64,000 nucleotides of DNA, taken from Mobula hypostoma. Its lineage: Eukaryota. A program made the translations under genes and the position numbers. The notes below the pieces were generated by a model. It made no database searches. It was not told where the DNA came from and saw only the letters and a list, made by a program, of their open reading frames with translations. The stretch covers positions 101,868,001 to 101,932,000 of the forward strand of contig NC_086107.1 of NCBI RefSeq assembly GCF_963921235.1, given 5' to 3'. Positions 1-13,080 of this stretch are shown here, one piece after another; positions within the stretch are counted from its first letter, which is position 1; each line of letters opens with the position of its first letter.

Positions 1-138
1 GTAGAAGTACAATATCATGGAGAATACAGTTATTATACTGCTACTCCTTAAAGCTATGAAGTATACTTATGTTTAATGAGCACAGAAAGTTTTCCCTGTG
101 TTTTCTTGCTCAAATTGGAAATCAGTCCTTTTACCCTC

Positions 139-726
139 TATCATGGTTACTTGAAAACAAACCCAAACTGATGAGAGACTAAGCCAAGGTTCTCTACACT
201 GTATGACACACTTCCAAATTATGAATTCCCAAATGGAAATATGCACATTTGATCCTTTATTACAAAACCACCAAAGACGAGCGATCTTGTAGTGATCCTT
301 TTTCAAAAAAACAAAAAGTAAATTAGCATTTTAATGGTTTAAATTGCAGTCTAATAGCAATATTAGAAATAGTGTAACTAACCATTATAATAGTGTTCCA
401 ATTAGTGATCTAGTTAGTGAAATCATGAAGTTAGTGTAACTAATTAGCGTATTTAAGCAAAGTTGGCGATTGCGTCCCAATTAGAGGTTAAGTTTAAAAA
501 AAATAGCATTCCTGGCTGCCTCTAACTCTCAACTAGACTAGACTAAACTAATAACAAAACAAGAACATGTAACTATACTTACTTGCTTCTACCATGCCCC
601 AAACCCCATGACAGATTACTGTAATAAACATGCCAGAAACTACAATACAGACAGAAAATAGATATATGGCTCCTACGCCCTGTATGGAAGTAACTTGTGA
701 ACCTGCAGTTATTAGAGTCAAAGACA
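139..726 (-). repeat. 3' LTR of the BEL/Pao element
   Basis: Colinear with 8535-9053 plus 13942-14007 (shared blocks gttacttgaaaacaa, attcctggctgcctctaactctcaactagac, gtatggaagtaacttgtgaac). On the minus strand it begins TGT at 726, directly after a purine-rich tract. Confidence 0.8.
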
Positions 727-740
727 TCCCAGCCCCTTAA
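727..740 (-). other. Polypurine tract of the BEL element
   Basis: Minus strand TTAAGGGGCTGGGA lies immediately before the TGT start of the 3' LTR. Confidence 0.65.
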
Positions 741-989
741 TTATTACAGTATTATACAACTTAATTATTACAACTGCATACTACTAAAACAAGAGACATG
801 AAAACTTCAAAAGCAAACATCATTACATTTACATTATACAGATGTCCTTTTTCTTCTCTTTTCTTCCAGTCAAGTCATGTCAGTCATCCAGACCTACCAG
901 CATTTAGCCCAGTACAGGAGGATCTTTACCGCCTCTCTCTGTCAATTCAGTAAGTCAAGTCAACGTCACGAAGCTTCGAGTTGTAGCAC

Positions 990-3430
990 CTTAAAATTCT
1001 GCCTTCTGTAGAAGACAGATCTTGGTTATGGGCCTGTCATAACAGCTTGACTTGGTCTATATGTACACTTGCCACATAAATACTCAATTGTCTGAAAAGA
1101 TTTGAATGACTGGTCCCACGACCCATGAGTTTCAAGGTGTTGTGTCATCAACTGTGTCTCCTGAGAGGAAATTGCATTTTATACCTGATCATTTCTGGAG
1201 TTCCTGTAGCTGTGGTAAAAATTCCTTGATGCACCATTTCCAAAGCAAATTTGACATGTATTGGACCTGCTTCCTTCAACCTTCTAGAGGTTACATCTGC
1301 TGGGTTGCTTGAAGTGTTTACACACCCCCATTGGGATGCTTGTGAGATCTAGAAATTTCTGAAACTCTGTTTGCAATGAAGGTTCGGAACCTGGAAGTTT
1401 CAATGTTGATATACTTCAGCACAGAAGTACTATCAATCCAAAACACTGAGTCATGAAGCTGTGCGTGCAACTCCTTCCTCAATATGGCAGTGGTAAGCTC
1501 CATATGAGTGATGGAAACTGACTTCAACAAAGCTACCCTAGATTTTCCCATGATAAAAGCACTGCACACATGAAAGCATGTGTTGTGCAATAATATGTAT
1601 AGTAGGTCACTGCTCCATAGCCATCTTCGCTTGCATCTGTTAAGTGCTATAACTGCGCAGCAGCAACATCTCCAAAATCCAGGGATTTAAAACATCTAAC
1701 AACCCTGAAGTCTTCCAACTGGCAGAGTTCTCCCAGCCAGCTTGTCCACTCGTGAACCGCTGAGGTTGGTATAGTGTCATCCCAGCCAAGCCCTTTCTTG
1801 CATAGATCTTGTAGGATCTTCTTAGCAGATAACACCACTGGACTCAAGATTCCTAAGGGATCACAGATGGAACTAAATGTGGAGAGGATTCCCCCTTCTG
1901 GTGAGTGGCCTATCTTGGATCGTAATATTGAAAGTGTCAGACTATATGCACCATTGCACATCCAGTGTATTCTCCACCAAAGGAATATCTTGATCCATAT
2001 CCAAATCCTTCACTTCTTTCTGGTATCACAGCTAACACACTATGTCTATTCCTTATCCACTTTGTGACTCAAAAGCCACCTCAAGCACAAATGGATACAA
2101 GGTCATGATAGAGAGACACATTTCTTCCTCAGAGGACACAGACAAGGCAGTAATCAACATAGAAGCAATGCAAAACCTTATCTACCAACTCACAGATGAA
2201 CTGTTCTTCATTGCCTTCTGCACATTTCCCAAGAGTAAAGTTAGCACAGGTCAGTGATGAAATCGCTCCGAAGAGATGTACCACCATTTTAAAGTCCATA
2301 AAATCTTGGCTGAGTTCACCATCAGGCCACCAGAGAAACCTCAGCAGATCTGCATCTTCTGCTGGTACTTTAACCTGATGAAACATTGATTCAATATCTA
2401 CTATGATCACCATTTATTCTTTACTAAATCTGGTTATGACTCCAGTCAGTGAACTAGTAAGATCTGGTCCTTGTAAAATCTAAGCATTAAGCGATATTCT
2501 CTGAAAAGTCACTCCACAGTCAAACACAACATAAAATTTCCCTTTTCTTGGGTGACAAACACCATGATGTGGAGTATACCAGACTTGGCCATCACTACAT
2601 ACCCGATCCTCTGCTGGCACTGTTTTGGCATAACCTTTGGAGATGACGTCTTTCATGAAAGCTGTGTAATCAGTGTGAAATGACAAATCCTTCCTAAACC
2701 TCTTCCTTAGATTTAGAGCACGCTGTTCAGCAATTTTCCTATTATTTGACATGTTAACCTCCTTGCTTCTCAAAAGGTAAACTAATCTAAGGTGGCCATC
2801 CACCTGTTTTGCAAAATTTGTAATCAGCTGCATGAACTTGTGATCCTCTCTTGACGAACCAGGTTGTTCATCTTGACTGCATTCAGGGACATCTGCCTTG
2901 AAGTGCAGCTGCCAAAGCTCATCTAAGTTCAAAACTCAGATCCTCTGGCTATGGCTGTGCACAATCCATTCACAGTCCAACCCAACATTGTTCTAATTGC
3001 ACAAGGTACATCATTAGCATTGCAAATCACTTGCAATGGCTCCAATACTTTAGGCACATTTGGCCCTATCAGTAGCTCAATTTCTGAAATCAATCTCTGG
3101 CAAATGGACATGTTTCAGGTCAGGCCATCCTGGAAACCATTTGTCATGGAAAGTTCCATTTGTGGACAGGCATACTTTCCTGTGTATAGATGTTAGGTAG
3201 TTCACAATAGTTTTCACCATCTAAGCCAGCCACTTTCAATCCTGAGATAATGTAGCCACTCACAATCTTCTCTTGGTCCATGATGTACCCTTTTACTGTG
3301 TGTTCGAGCTTGTTCATGAAGTTCACTGTGCAGAACACTGCTGTGCTTCCTTGACCTAGGAAAGCATAAGTAACCACAGTCTTGTTACCCTTCTTAGACT
3401 TCATTTGTCTGGAACTATGGGAAGTTTACA
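990..3430 (-). pseudogene. BEL/Pao pol remnant (protease, RT, RNaseH; integrase core deleted)
   Basis: Frameshifted ORFs contain YAFLGQGS (protease, cf. YAFLDxGS), WYTPHHGVCHPRK, DIESMFHQV, HLFGA, FYVDY (cf. YVDD), DPLGILSP, FWIDSTSVL, FIANRV and NPAD, then jump to RKQVQY. Confidence 0.9.
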
Positions 3431-3431
3431 T

Positions 3432-6046
3432 AGAACGTAGAATAGTACAGCACAGTACAGGCCCTTTGGCCCACAATGTTGTGCCGGCACTCAAACCCTG
3501 CCTCCCATATAAGCCCCCACCTTAAATTCCTCCATATACCTGTCCAGTAGTCTCTTAAACTTCACTAGTGTATCTGCCTCCACCACTGATTCAGGCAGTG
3601 CATTCCACGCACCAACCACTCTCTGAGTAAAAAGCCTTCCTCTAATATCTCCCTCGAACTTCCCACCCCTTACCTTAAAGCCATGTCCTCTTGTATTGAG
3701 CAGTGGTGCCCTGGGGAAGAGGCGCTGGCTATCCACTCTATCTATTCCTCTTATTATCTTGTACACCTCTATCATGTCTCCTCTCATTCTCCTTCTCTCC
3801 AAAGAGTAAAGCCCTAGCTCCCTTAATCTCTGATCATAATGCATACTCTCTAAACCAGGCAGCATCCTGGTAAATCTCCTCTGTACCCTTTCCAATGCTT
3901 CCACATCCTTCCTATAGTGAGGCAACCAGAACTGGACACAGTACTCCAACTGTGGCCTAACCAGAGTTTAATAGAGCTGCATCATTACCTCGCAACTCTT
4001 AAACTCTATCCCTCGACTTATGAAAGCTAACACCCCATAAGCTTTCTTAACTACCCTATCCACCTGTGAGGCAACTTTCAGGGATCTGTGGACATATACC
4101 CCCAGATCCCTCTGCTCCTCCACACTACCAAATATCCTGCCATTTACTTTGTACTCTGCCTTGGAGTTTGTCCTTCCAAAGTGTACCACCTCACACTTCT
4201 CCGGGTTGAACTCCATCTGCCACTCCTCAGCCCACTTCTGCATCCTATCAATGTCTCTCTGCAATCTTTGACAATCCTCTACACTATCTACAACACCACC
4301 AACCTTTGTGTTGTCTGCAAACTTGCCAACCCACCCTTCTACCCCCACATCCAGGTCGTTAATAAAAATCACAAAAAGTAGAGGTCCCAGAACAGATCCT
4401 TGTAAGACATCACTAGTCACAGTCCTCCAATCTGAATGTACTCCCTCCACCATGACCCTCTGCCTTCTGCAGGCAAGCCAATTCTGAATCCACCTGGCCA
4501 AACTTCCCTGGATCCCATGCCTTCTGACTTTCTGAATAAGCCTACCGTGTGGAACTTTGTCAAATGCCTTACTAAAATCCATATAGATCACATCCACTGC
4601 ACTACCCTCATCTATATGCCTGGTCACCTCCTCAAAGAACTCTATCAGGCTTGTTAGACAAGATCTGCCCTTCACAAAGCCATGCTGACTGTCCCTGATC
4701 AGACCATGATTTTCTAAATGCCCAAAGATCTTATCTCTAAAAATCTTTTCCAACAGCTTTCCCACCACAGACGTAAGGCTCACTGGTCTATAATTACCTG
4801 GACTATCCCTACTACCTTTTTTGAACAAGGGGACAACATTCGCCTCCCTCCAATCCTCTGGTACCATTCCCGTGGACAACGAGGACATAAAGATCCTAGC
4901 CAGAGGCTCAGCAATCTCTTCCCTCGCCTTGTGGAGCAGCCTGGGGAATATTCCATCAGGTCCCAAGGACTTACCCGTCCTAATGTAGTTTAACAACTCC
5001 AACACCTCCTCTCCCTTAATATCAACATGCTCCAGAACATCAACCTCACTCATATTGTCCTCACCATCATCAAGTTCTCTCTCATTGGTGAATACCGAAG
5101 TGAAGTATTCATTGAGGACCTTGCTCACTTCCACAGCCTCCAGGCACATCTTCCCACCTTTATCTCTAATCGGTCCTACCTTCACTCCTGTCATCCTTTT
5201 TTTCTTCACATAATTGAAGAATGCCTTGGGGTTTTCCTTTACCCTACTCGCCAAGGCCTTCTCATGCCCCCTTCTTGCTCTTCTCAGCCCCTTCTTAAGC
5301 TCCTTTCTTGCTTCCCTATATTCCTCAATGGACCCATCTAATCCTTGCTTCCTAAACCTCATGTATGCTGCCTTCTTCCACCTGACTAGATTTTCCACCT
5401 CACTTGTCACCCATGGTTCCTTCACCCTACCATTCTTTATCTTCCTCACGGGGACAAATTTATCCCTAACATCCTGCAAGAGATCTCTAAACCTGTCCAT
5501 AGTACATTTCCCTGCAAATACATCATCCCAATTCACACCCGCAAGTTCTAGCCTTATAGCCTCATAATTTGCCCTTCCCTAATTAAAAATTTTCCTGTCC
5601 TCTCTGATTCTAGCCTTTTCCATGATAATGCTGAAGGCCAGGGAGCAGTGGTCACTGTCCCCAAGATGCTCACCCACTGAGAGATCTATGACCTGACCCG
5701 GTTCATTACCTAGTACTATATCTAGTATGGCATTCCCCCTAGTCGGCCTGTCCACATACTGTGACAGGAATCCATCCTGGACACACTCAAACTCTGCCCC
5801 ATCTAAACCCTTGGAACTAATCAGGTGCCAATCAATATTAGCGAAGTTAAAGTCACCCATGATAACAACCCTGTTATTTTTGCACCTTTCCAAAATCTGC
5901 CTCCCAATCTGTATCTCTGCTTCTACCAGGGGGCCTATAGAATACCCCCAATAGAGTAACTGCTCCCTTCCTGTTCCTGACTTCCACCCATACTGATTCA
6001 AAAGAGGATCCTGCTACATTACCCACCGTTTCTGTAACTGTAATAG
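3432..6046 (-). mobile_element. 5'-truncated CR1 LINE (ORF2 EN C-terminus and RT) inserted in the BEL element
   Basis: ORFs 5579-6001 (GDFN, SDH), 3968-5536 (NYRPVSLTS, QGSVLGP, FAD) and 3491-3949. The (TTCTATG)-like 3' tail is at about 3430. TACAT at both junctions (3427-3431, 6047-6051) is a probable TSD. Confidence 0.95.
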
Positions 6047-8200
6047 TACATCATGATCAACAGCCCCTGTAAGGCCATTAAATACCAGGGCACTACTTGC
6101 TGCTGTGTCTGATTCTTTGATGGCTTGTTTTGATTCTGTACCCTGTTTGTTAGAGTGAATATGAAGCATGCTGAGATGCTTGCCACTGTGTGCATTACAT
6201 GAAAGACATTTCCTACGATCCTTGCTGATGTGCCCTGTACAGAAACAGCCAAAGCAAACACCATTTTCTTTTAGGAAGGCAGTCTTCTCAATGAGAGTTC
6301 TTTTCTCCAGCTGAGGGCATGAATCCAAAGTATGCTCACCCTCACAGAACAGACAACCCCTTTTGGTTTCCCTTCCTTTAGTTCCAGGTTCAGTTTTGGC
6401 TTTACTTCTCACAGTGGCCACAGTAATGGCAAAGTTACTTCCTTTACCCTTAGAATGAAAGTTTGACTTAATTTTATTTACACCTTTGCTTATTGCTGGT
6501 AATGTAGCATCATGTATATTCCAAGACACCAGTGTATAGCAATCTTTAATGCCCTTCTATAAAATCCACAACATCAGTGAAAGTAATCTTAAGGTTGTGA
6601 CTTTCTTGCAGTGTATAGACCACCGTTCTCCATTTATTCCTAAGCATACAGGGCAATTTCTTTATGATAATCGACATAGTAGCAGGCATGTTTAGCCAAT
6701 GCAGGGACTGCACTTCGCCCATGGCAGCCTCTAAGAAAAAGTCTGTAGTCTTGAAGAGCTTTCACATCTTCAGATTTCATAGGTACCCAAGAAAGAGCCT
6801 TTTGCATGTAAGCAAATGCAATTTTCTGTTCATTACCAATGTGTTCCTGTAGTAAAGCCTTGGCTTTTATTTATCATTTCTTAGGGTCAACATTCTGGCA
6901 ACTTCTGACAAGTTCTCTAGGGCAACTTTTAGTGTACTGTTCAAGGAAGATAGAGGCAGTCAATAGAGCTATCAGTCTTGCCTTCAAAATTTTTTCATAA
7001 GCCTTCATGAATGCATGATACAGCAATAGATCACCATCAAAGATTTGAATCTCCCTTTTAGGCAAAGATGAAAAACATTGTATCAAGAAGGTTGTTATTT
7101 CATTTTGTTTCTTCATAATATCAACAGGACTATTTTGACCTCTATCAACTAAAAGTGTTTCCATGCTGTAAGTTAATGTCCCTACGAGCACTTTGAGTTG
7201 TTGGATACAAGTTCAGAGTGCCTTATTAGTGCAGGCTGAGAGTAAGCACCCTGAACTACCTGTTGGAGGTCTTGCTCATGTTTCACAGACACTTGAGGAA
7301 CAAATGAATCAGCATTGACATTGGGTGTTCTCGTTTTTCTTTGTGCCTTTTTAAGATAGGAATTCATACCGTAGGAGCACTTTTAGCACTCGCCACGCAG
7401 GAAGCCCTTAGCACATTTACTTAAGTCATATGTGCGGCAATTTCTTCCTCTGACTTAAACTGCTCATTCCTTATTTATAGATGCTCCTCTTGCTCTTCCA
7501 GTGCACATTTGTCCTTCAATAATCATCGATGTGCAATTAATGCAGCTAAATCATCCTCTGTTTTAATGCATGCAGAGGAGGTAGTAGATACAGAAGATTT
7601 TCCTCCTGCAGCAAAGCTTGGAGCGCTGACATTAGACACATGTCATCCTGTTGGGTCACCTGTTCTATGCGTGGTCAAAACATGCCTTGGAATTTGAGAA
7701 ACATTGGCTGATGGAGAGTGAGACGTATATTCACTTGTTGCAGCAACGTGACCTACAATGGAACATGTTTGGTTACACCGTTGCTGTGTATCCTCTCTGC
7801 CTGCACTGCCATAGCAATCAGTGTTTGAAAAGCATTGGTTCTGTTTTACATGTTCAGCCATGGGAAGTAATGAGATTAGCATGTGATTTTGCTTAGCACC
7901 AGCTTCATAGAGATTAGTCAAGTCTTCAAATTGAGTTCGCATTTGTAAGGCATTTTCTTTAATTTTCATAAGATCATTAATTGATGGTTTAAACCTTTAA
8001 TTTTGTTCACAATTGTTTCATACTCTTTGATTGGATTAGCCTCAGCTTTAGCTTTAATTTCTCTTTTGCAAGCCCTGACTGCTGAGTCGGTGGTGCCAAT
8101 TCCATCCTTCAATATATTCATGTTACTTTCTCTAGTTGCACAGCTTGGAATTAACTCTTTGTTTGCCCACAGCACCAGCAATATTCGATTTACTAAGTGT
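6047..8200 (-). pseudogene. BEL/Pao gag remnant
   Basis: ORF 6014-6529 has CLFCEGEHTLDSC, CFGCFCTGH and CLSCNAHSGKH (triple knuckle). ORF 6874-7191 has LPKREIQIFDGD and FLEQYT (DUF1759-like). The upstream limit is approximate. Confidence 0.85.
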
Positions 8201-9238
8201 AGTCAACGAACAAACTGACTACACATCCGCAGTGCTTAAACCAGACAGAATAAATAGCCTTCAATTCAAACATCAGCAACCAGAATAGCAACAAACCCTT
8301 CGGCAAACAGCACATGATCGGGCAACAGTCCCCAATGGACAGACAGCACTGACCATTCAAAAATGTGTTCAAACTACAAACACACAGCATGAGTCAAAAA
8401 AGGTTGCAGATAATCCTACCATAAGCTGCTCCTGTTTCTGATGTGTTGTTCTCGGTATTGTGATTCCAATTTCACCAAAGGTTCTGAGGCAATCCTTTGG
8501 AGTTCATTTGGTATATCTTTTTTTATTGACAAAATGTAGCAGTTACTTGAAAACAAAACCACTGAGAGACTAAGCCAGGGTACTCGACACTGTATGATGT
8601 ATTTCCAAATTAATAAAAGGTATATTTAATCCTTTATTATGAAACCAGCAAAGATGAATGATCTTGTAGCAATAAAAAAATCTTATGAAACTAAATTAGC
8701 GATTCAACGGTCTAACCTGCGGTCTAATAGCAGTATTAGCATATGCCCAGTGTTCTAATAGTATTCCAATTAACAATCTAGTTAATGAAATAAAATTTCT
8801 GTAACTAATTAGTGTATTTAAGCAAAGAAGGTGATCTAGTTAGCATTCCAATAACATCCCAATTAGCAGTCAACAAAAAACAAATTCCTGGCTGCCTCTA
8901 ACTCTCAACTAGACAACTAACAAAATGAGAATACGTAACTATACTCATTTGCTTCTACCACACCCCAAACCATCTGACAAATTACCATAATAAAGCGTCA
9001 CAAACTACAATACAAACAGAAAATAGATGTATGGCTCCAATAGACAGAAAATACTGTGCCTATAAAAACTCACTCCCCCCGCAAAGTTTTCATGTTTTAT
9101 TGTTCTACAACATTGAATCACACAAGTAGCTTTAATTTCGCAAACAACAGGAATTCTGCAGATGCTGGAAATTCAAGCAACACACATCAAAGTTGCTGGT
9201 GAACGCAGCAGGCCAGGCAGCATCTCTAGGAAGAGGTA

Positions 9239-9276
9239 CAGTCGACGTTTCAGGCCGAGACCCTTCGTCAGGACTA
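9239..9276 (-). ncRNA. Minimal type I hammerhead ribozyme motif, intact
   Basis: Minus strand reads tagtc-CTGACGA-agg gtctcgg cct-GAAAC-GTC^gactg: conserved core, stem I agtc/gact, stem II, and a loopless palindromic stem III (ACGT). Confidence 0.85.
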
Positions 9277-9733
9277 ACTGAAGGAAGAGATAGTAAGAGA
9301 TTTGAAAGTGGGAGGGGGAAGGGGAGATCCAAAATGATAGGAGAAGACAGGAGGGGGAGGGATAGAGCCAAGAGCTGGACAGGTAATTGGCAAAGGGGAT
9401 ACGAGAGGATCATGGGACAGGAGATCCGGGAAGAAAGACGGTGGGGGGGGGATAATTTATTTTTATTTTTTTTTAATTTTTATACACACATTCTTTCTCT
9501 CACTCTCCTTTTTCTCCCTCTGTCCCTCTGACTATACCCCTTGCCCATCCTTTGGGTTCCCCCCCCCCTTGTCTTTCTTCCCGGACCTCCTGTCCCATGA
9601 TCCTCTCGTATCCCCTTTGCCAATCACCTGTCCAGCTCTTGGCTCCATCCCTCCCCCTCCTGTCTTCTCCTATCATTTTGGATCTCCCCCTCCCCCTCCC
9701 ACTTTCAAATCTCTTACTAGCTCTTCTTTCAGT

Positions 9734-9770
9734 TAGTCCTGACGACGGGTGTCGCCTGAAACTTCGACTG
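9734..9770 (+). ncRNA. Hammerhead ribozyme motif, mutated copy
   Basis: tagtc-CTGACGA-cgggtgtcgcct-GAAAC-TTC-gactg. The core is retained but stems II and III are altered. Confidence 0.65.
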
Positions 9771-10165
9771 TACCTCTTCCTAGAGATGCTGCCTGGCCTG
9801 CTGCGTTCACCAGCAACTTTGATGTGTGTTGCAGTAGCTTTAATTTGTTTTTTTACACTGATCAACTGAAAAAGACTAATTTCAAAGTGAAAACAGATCT
9901 CTACAAAGTGATCTAAATTAATGACAAATATAAAACAAAATAATTTATTGCATAAGTATTCACCCCTTCAAGTCAGTATTTAGTAGATGCATCTTTGGCA
10001 GCAATTACAGGCTGGAGTCTATGTGGATAGGTCTCTATCAGCTTTGCACATCTGGACACTGCAATTTTTCCCCATTTTTCTTTACAAAACTGCTCAAACA
10101 TTGCCACAGCATGATGCAACCACCACCATGCTTCACAGTAGGGATGGTATATGGTATGTTTTGAT

Positions 10166-13080
10166 TATAGAAACATAGAAAATAGGTGCAGGAGTAGGCC
10201 ATTCGGCCCTTTGAGCCTGCACCGCCATTCAGTATGATCATGGCTGATCATCCAACTCAGAACCCTGTACCAGCCTTCCCTCCATACCCCCTGATCCCTT
10301 TAGCCACAAGGGCCATATCTAACTCCCTCTTAAATATAGCCAATGAACTTTCCTCAACTGTTTCCTGAGGAGAGAATTCCACAGATTCACCACTCTCTGT
10401 GTGAAGAAGTTTTTCCTAATCTCAGTCCTAAAAGGCTTCCCCTTTATTCTCAAACTGTGAACCCTCGTTCTGGACTTCCCCAACATCGGGAACAATCTTC
10501 CTGCATCTAGCCTGTCCAATCCCTTTAGGATTTTATACGTTTCAATCAGATCCCCCTTCAATCTTCTAAATTCCAACGAGTATAAGCCTTTAGGATTTTA
10601 TACGTTTCAATCAGATCCCCCTTCAATCTTCTAAATTCCAACGAGTATAAGCCTAGTTCATCCAGTCTTTCATCATATGAAAGTCCTGCCATCCCAGGAA
10701 TCAATCTGGTGAACCTTCTTTGTACTCCCTCTATGGCAAGGATGTCTTTCCTCAGATTAGGGGACCAAAACTGCACACAATACTCCCAAGTGTGGTCTCA
10801 CCAAGGCCTTGTAGAACTGCAGTAGTACCTCCCTGCTCCTGTACTCGAATCCTCTTGCTATAAATGCCAGCATACTATTCCCCTTTTTCACCGCCTGCTG
10901 TACCTGCATGCCCACTTTCAATGACTGGTGTATAATGACACCCAGGTCTCTTTGCACCTTCCCTTTTCCTAATCAGCCACCATTCAGATAATAATCTATT
11001 TTCCTGTTTTTGCCACCAAAGTGGATAACTTCACATTTATCCACATTAAATTGCATCTGCCATGAATTTGCCCACTCACCTAACCTATCCGTCACCCTGC
11101 ATCCTCTTAGCATCCTCCTCACAGCTAACACTGCCACCCAGCTTCGTGTCATCCACAAACTTGGAGATGCTGCATTTAATTCCCTCATCCAAGTCATTAA
11201 TATATATTGTAAACAACTGGGGTCCCAGCACTGAGCCTTGCGGTACCCCACTTGTCACTGCCTGCCATTCTGAAAAGGTCCCGTTTATTCCCACTCTTTG
11301 CTTCCTGTCTGCCAACCAATTCTCTATCCACATCAATACCTTACCCCCAATACCGTGTGCTTTAAGTTTGCACACTAATCTCCTGTGTGGGAACTTGTCA
11401 AAAGCCTTTTGAAAATCCAAATACACCACATCCACTGGTTCTCCCCATCCACTCTACTAGTTACATCCTCAAAAAATTCTATGAGATTCGTCAGACATGA
11501 TTTTCCTTTCACAAATCCATGCTGACTTTGTCCAATGATTTCACCGCTTTCCAAATGTGCTGTTATCACATCTTTGATAACTGACTCTAGCAGTTTCCCC
11601 ACCACCGATCGTAGGCTAATCGGTCTATAATTCCCCGGTTTCTCTCTCCCTCCTTTTTTAAAAAGTGGGGTTACATTAGCCACCCTCCAATCCTCAGGAA
11701 CTAGTCCAGAATCTAAAGAGTTTTGAAAAATTATCACTAATGCATCCACTATTTCTTGGGCTACTTCCTTAAGCACTCTGGGATGCAGACCATCTGGCCC
11801 TGGGGATTTATCTGCCTTTAATCCCTTCAATTTACCTAACACCACTTCCCTACTAACATGTATTTCGCTCAGTTCCTCCATCTCACTGGACCCTCTGTCC
11901 CCTACTATTTCCGGAAGATTATTTATGTCCTCCTTAGTGAAGACAGAACCAAAGTAATTATTCAATTGGTCTGCCATGTCCTTGCTCCCCATAATCAATT
12001 CACCTGTTTCTGTCTGTAGGGGACCTACATTTGTCTTAACCAATCTTTTTCTTTTCACATACCTATAAAAGCTTTTACAGTCAGTTTTTATGTTCCCTGC
12101 CAGTTTTCTCTCATAATCTTTTCTCCCCTTCCTAATTAAGCCTTTTGTCCTCCTCTGCTAAACTCTGAATTTCTCCCAGTCCTCAGGTGAGCCACTTTTT
12201 CTGGCTAATTTGTATGCTTCTTCTTTGGAATTGATACTATCCCTAATTTCCCTTGTCAGCCACGGGTGCACTACCTTCCTTGATTTATTCTTTTGCCAAA
12301 CTGGGATGAACAATTGTAGTTCATCCATGTGATCTTTAAATGCTTGCCTTTGCATATCCACCGTCAACCCTTTAAGTGTCATTTGCCAATTATCTTAGCT
12401 AATTTACATCTCATACCTTCAAAGTTACCCTTCTTTAAGTTCAGAACCTTTGTTTCTGAATTAACTATGTCACTCTCCATCTTAATGAAGAATTCCACCA
12501 TATTATGGTCACTCTTACCCAAGGGGCCTCTCACGTCAAGATTGCTAATTAACCCTTCCTCATTGCTCAAAACCCAGTCCAGAATAGCCTGCTCTCTAGT
12601 TGGTTCCTCGACATGTTTGTTCAAAAAACCATCCCGCATACATTCCAAGAAATCCTCTTCCTCAGCACCCTTACCAATTTGGTTCACCCAATCTACATGT
12701 AGATTGAAGTCACCGATTATAACTGCTGTTCCTTTATTGTACACATTTCTAATTTCCTGTTTAATACCATCCCCAACCTCACTACTACTGTTAGATGGCC
12801 TGTACACAACTCCCACCAGCGTTTTCTGCCCCTTAGTGTTATGCAGCTCTACCCATATCGATTCCACATCCTCCCAGCTTATGTCCTTCCTTTCTATTGC
12901 GTTAATCTCCTCTCTAACCAGCAACGCCACCCCACCTCCTTTTCTTTCATGTCTATCCCTCCTGAATATTGAATATCCCTGAATGTTGAGCTCCCATCCT
13001 TGGTCACCCTGGAGCCATGTCTCTGTGATCCCAACTATATCATATTCATTAATAACAATCTGCACTTTTAATTCATCCAC
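10166..13080 (-). mobile_element. CR1 LINE ORF2 (EN and RT, frameshifted) inserted in the Tc1
   Basis: ORFs 12379-13080 (GITETW, GGGVAL, GDFN, SDH), 11375-12058 and 11085-11435 ([14 protein letters not shown]). The 3' tail atagaaacatagaaa is at about 10167. Confidence 0.95.
10522..10651. repeat. Perfect 65-bp tandem duplication inside the CR1
   Basis: 10522-10586 equals 10587-10651, followed by CCT microhomology. Confidence 0.9.

Larger units (their letters stand above)
9139..9832. mobile_element. Penelope-like pLTR fold-back insertion (two inverted arms of about 270 bp) with 14-bp TSD
   Basis: 9177-9450 is the near-perfect reverse complement of 9560-9832. AGTAGCTTTAATTT is duplicated at 9125-9138 and 9833-9846. 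Same family as the GIY-YIG-bearing remnant at 42193-43070. Confidence 0.9.

Noticed and set aside
3968..5536. 522-aa ORF as a host gene
   Set aside because: It is CR1 ORF2 RT with a damaged catalytic motif (FADN), within a truncated LINE.
9132..9869. Four overlapping ORFs of about 100 aa on both strands
   Set aside because: They are by-products of the inverted, purine/pyrimidine-skewed pLTR arms.
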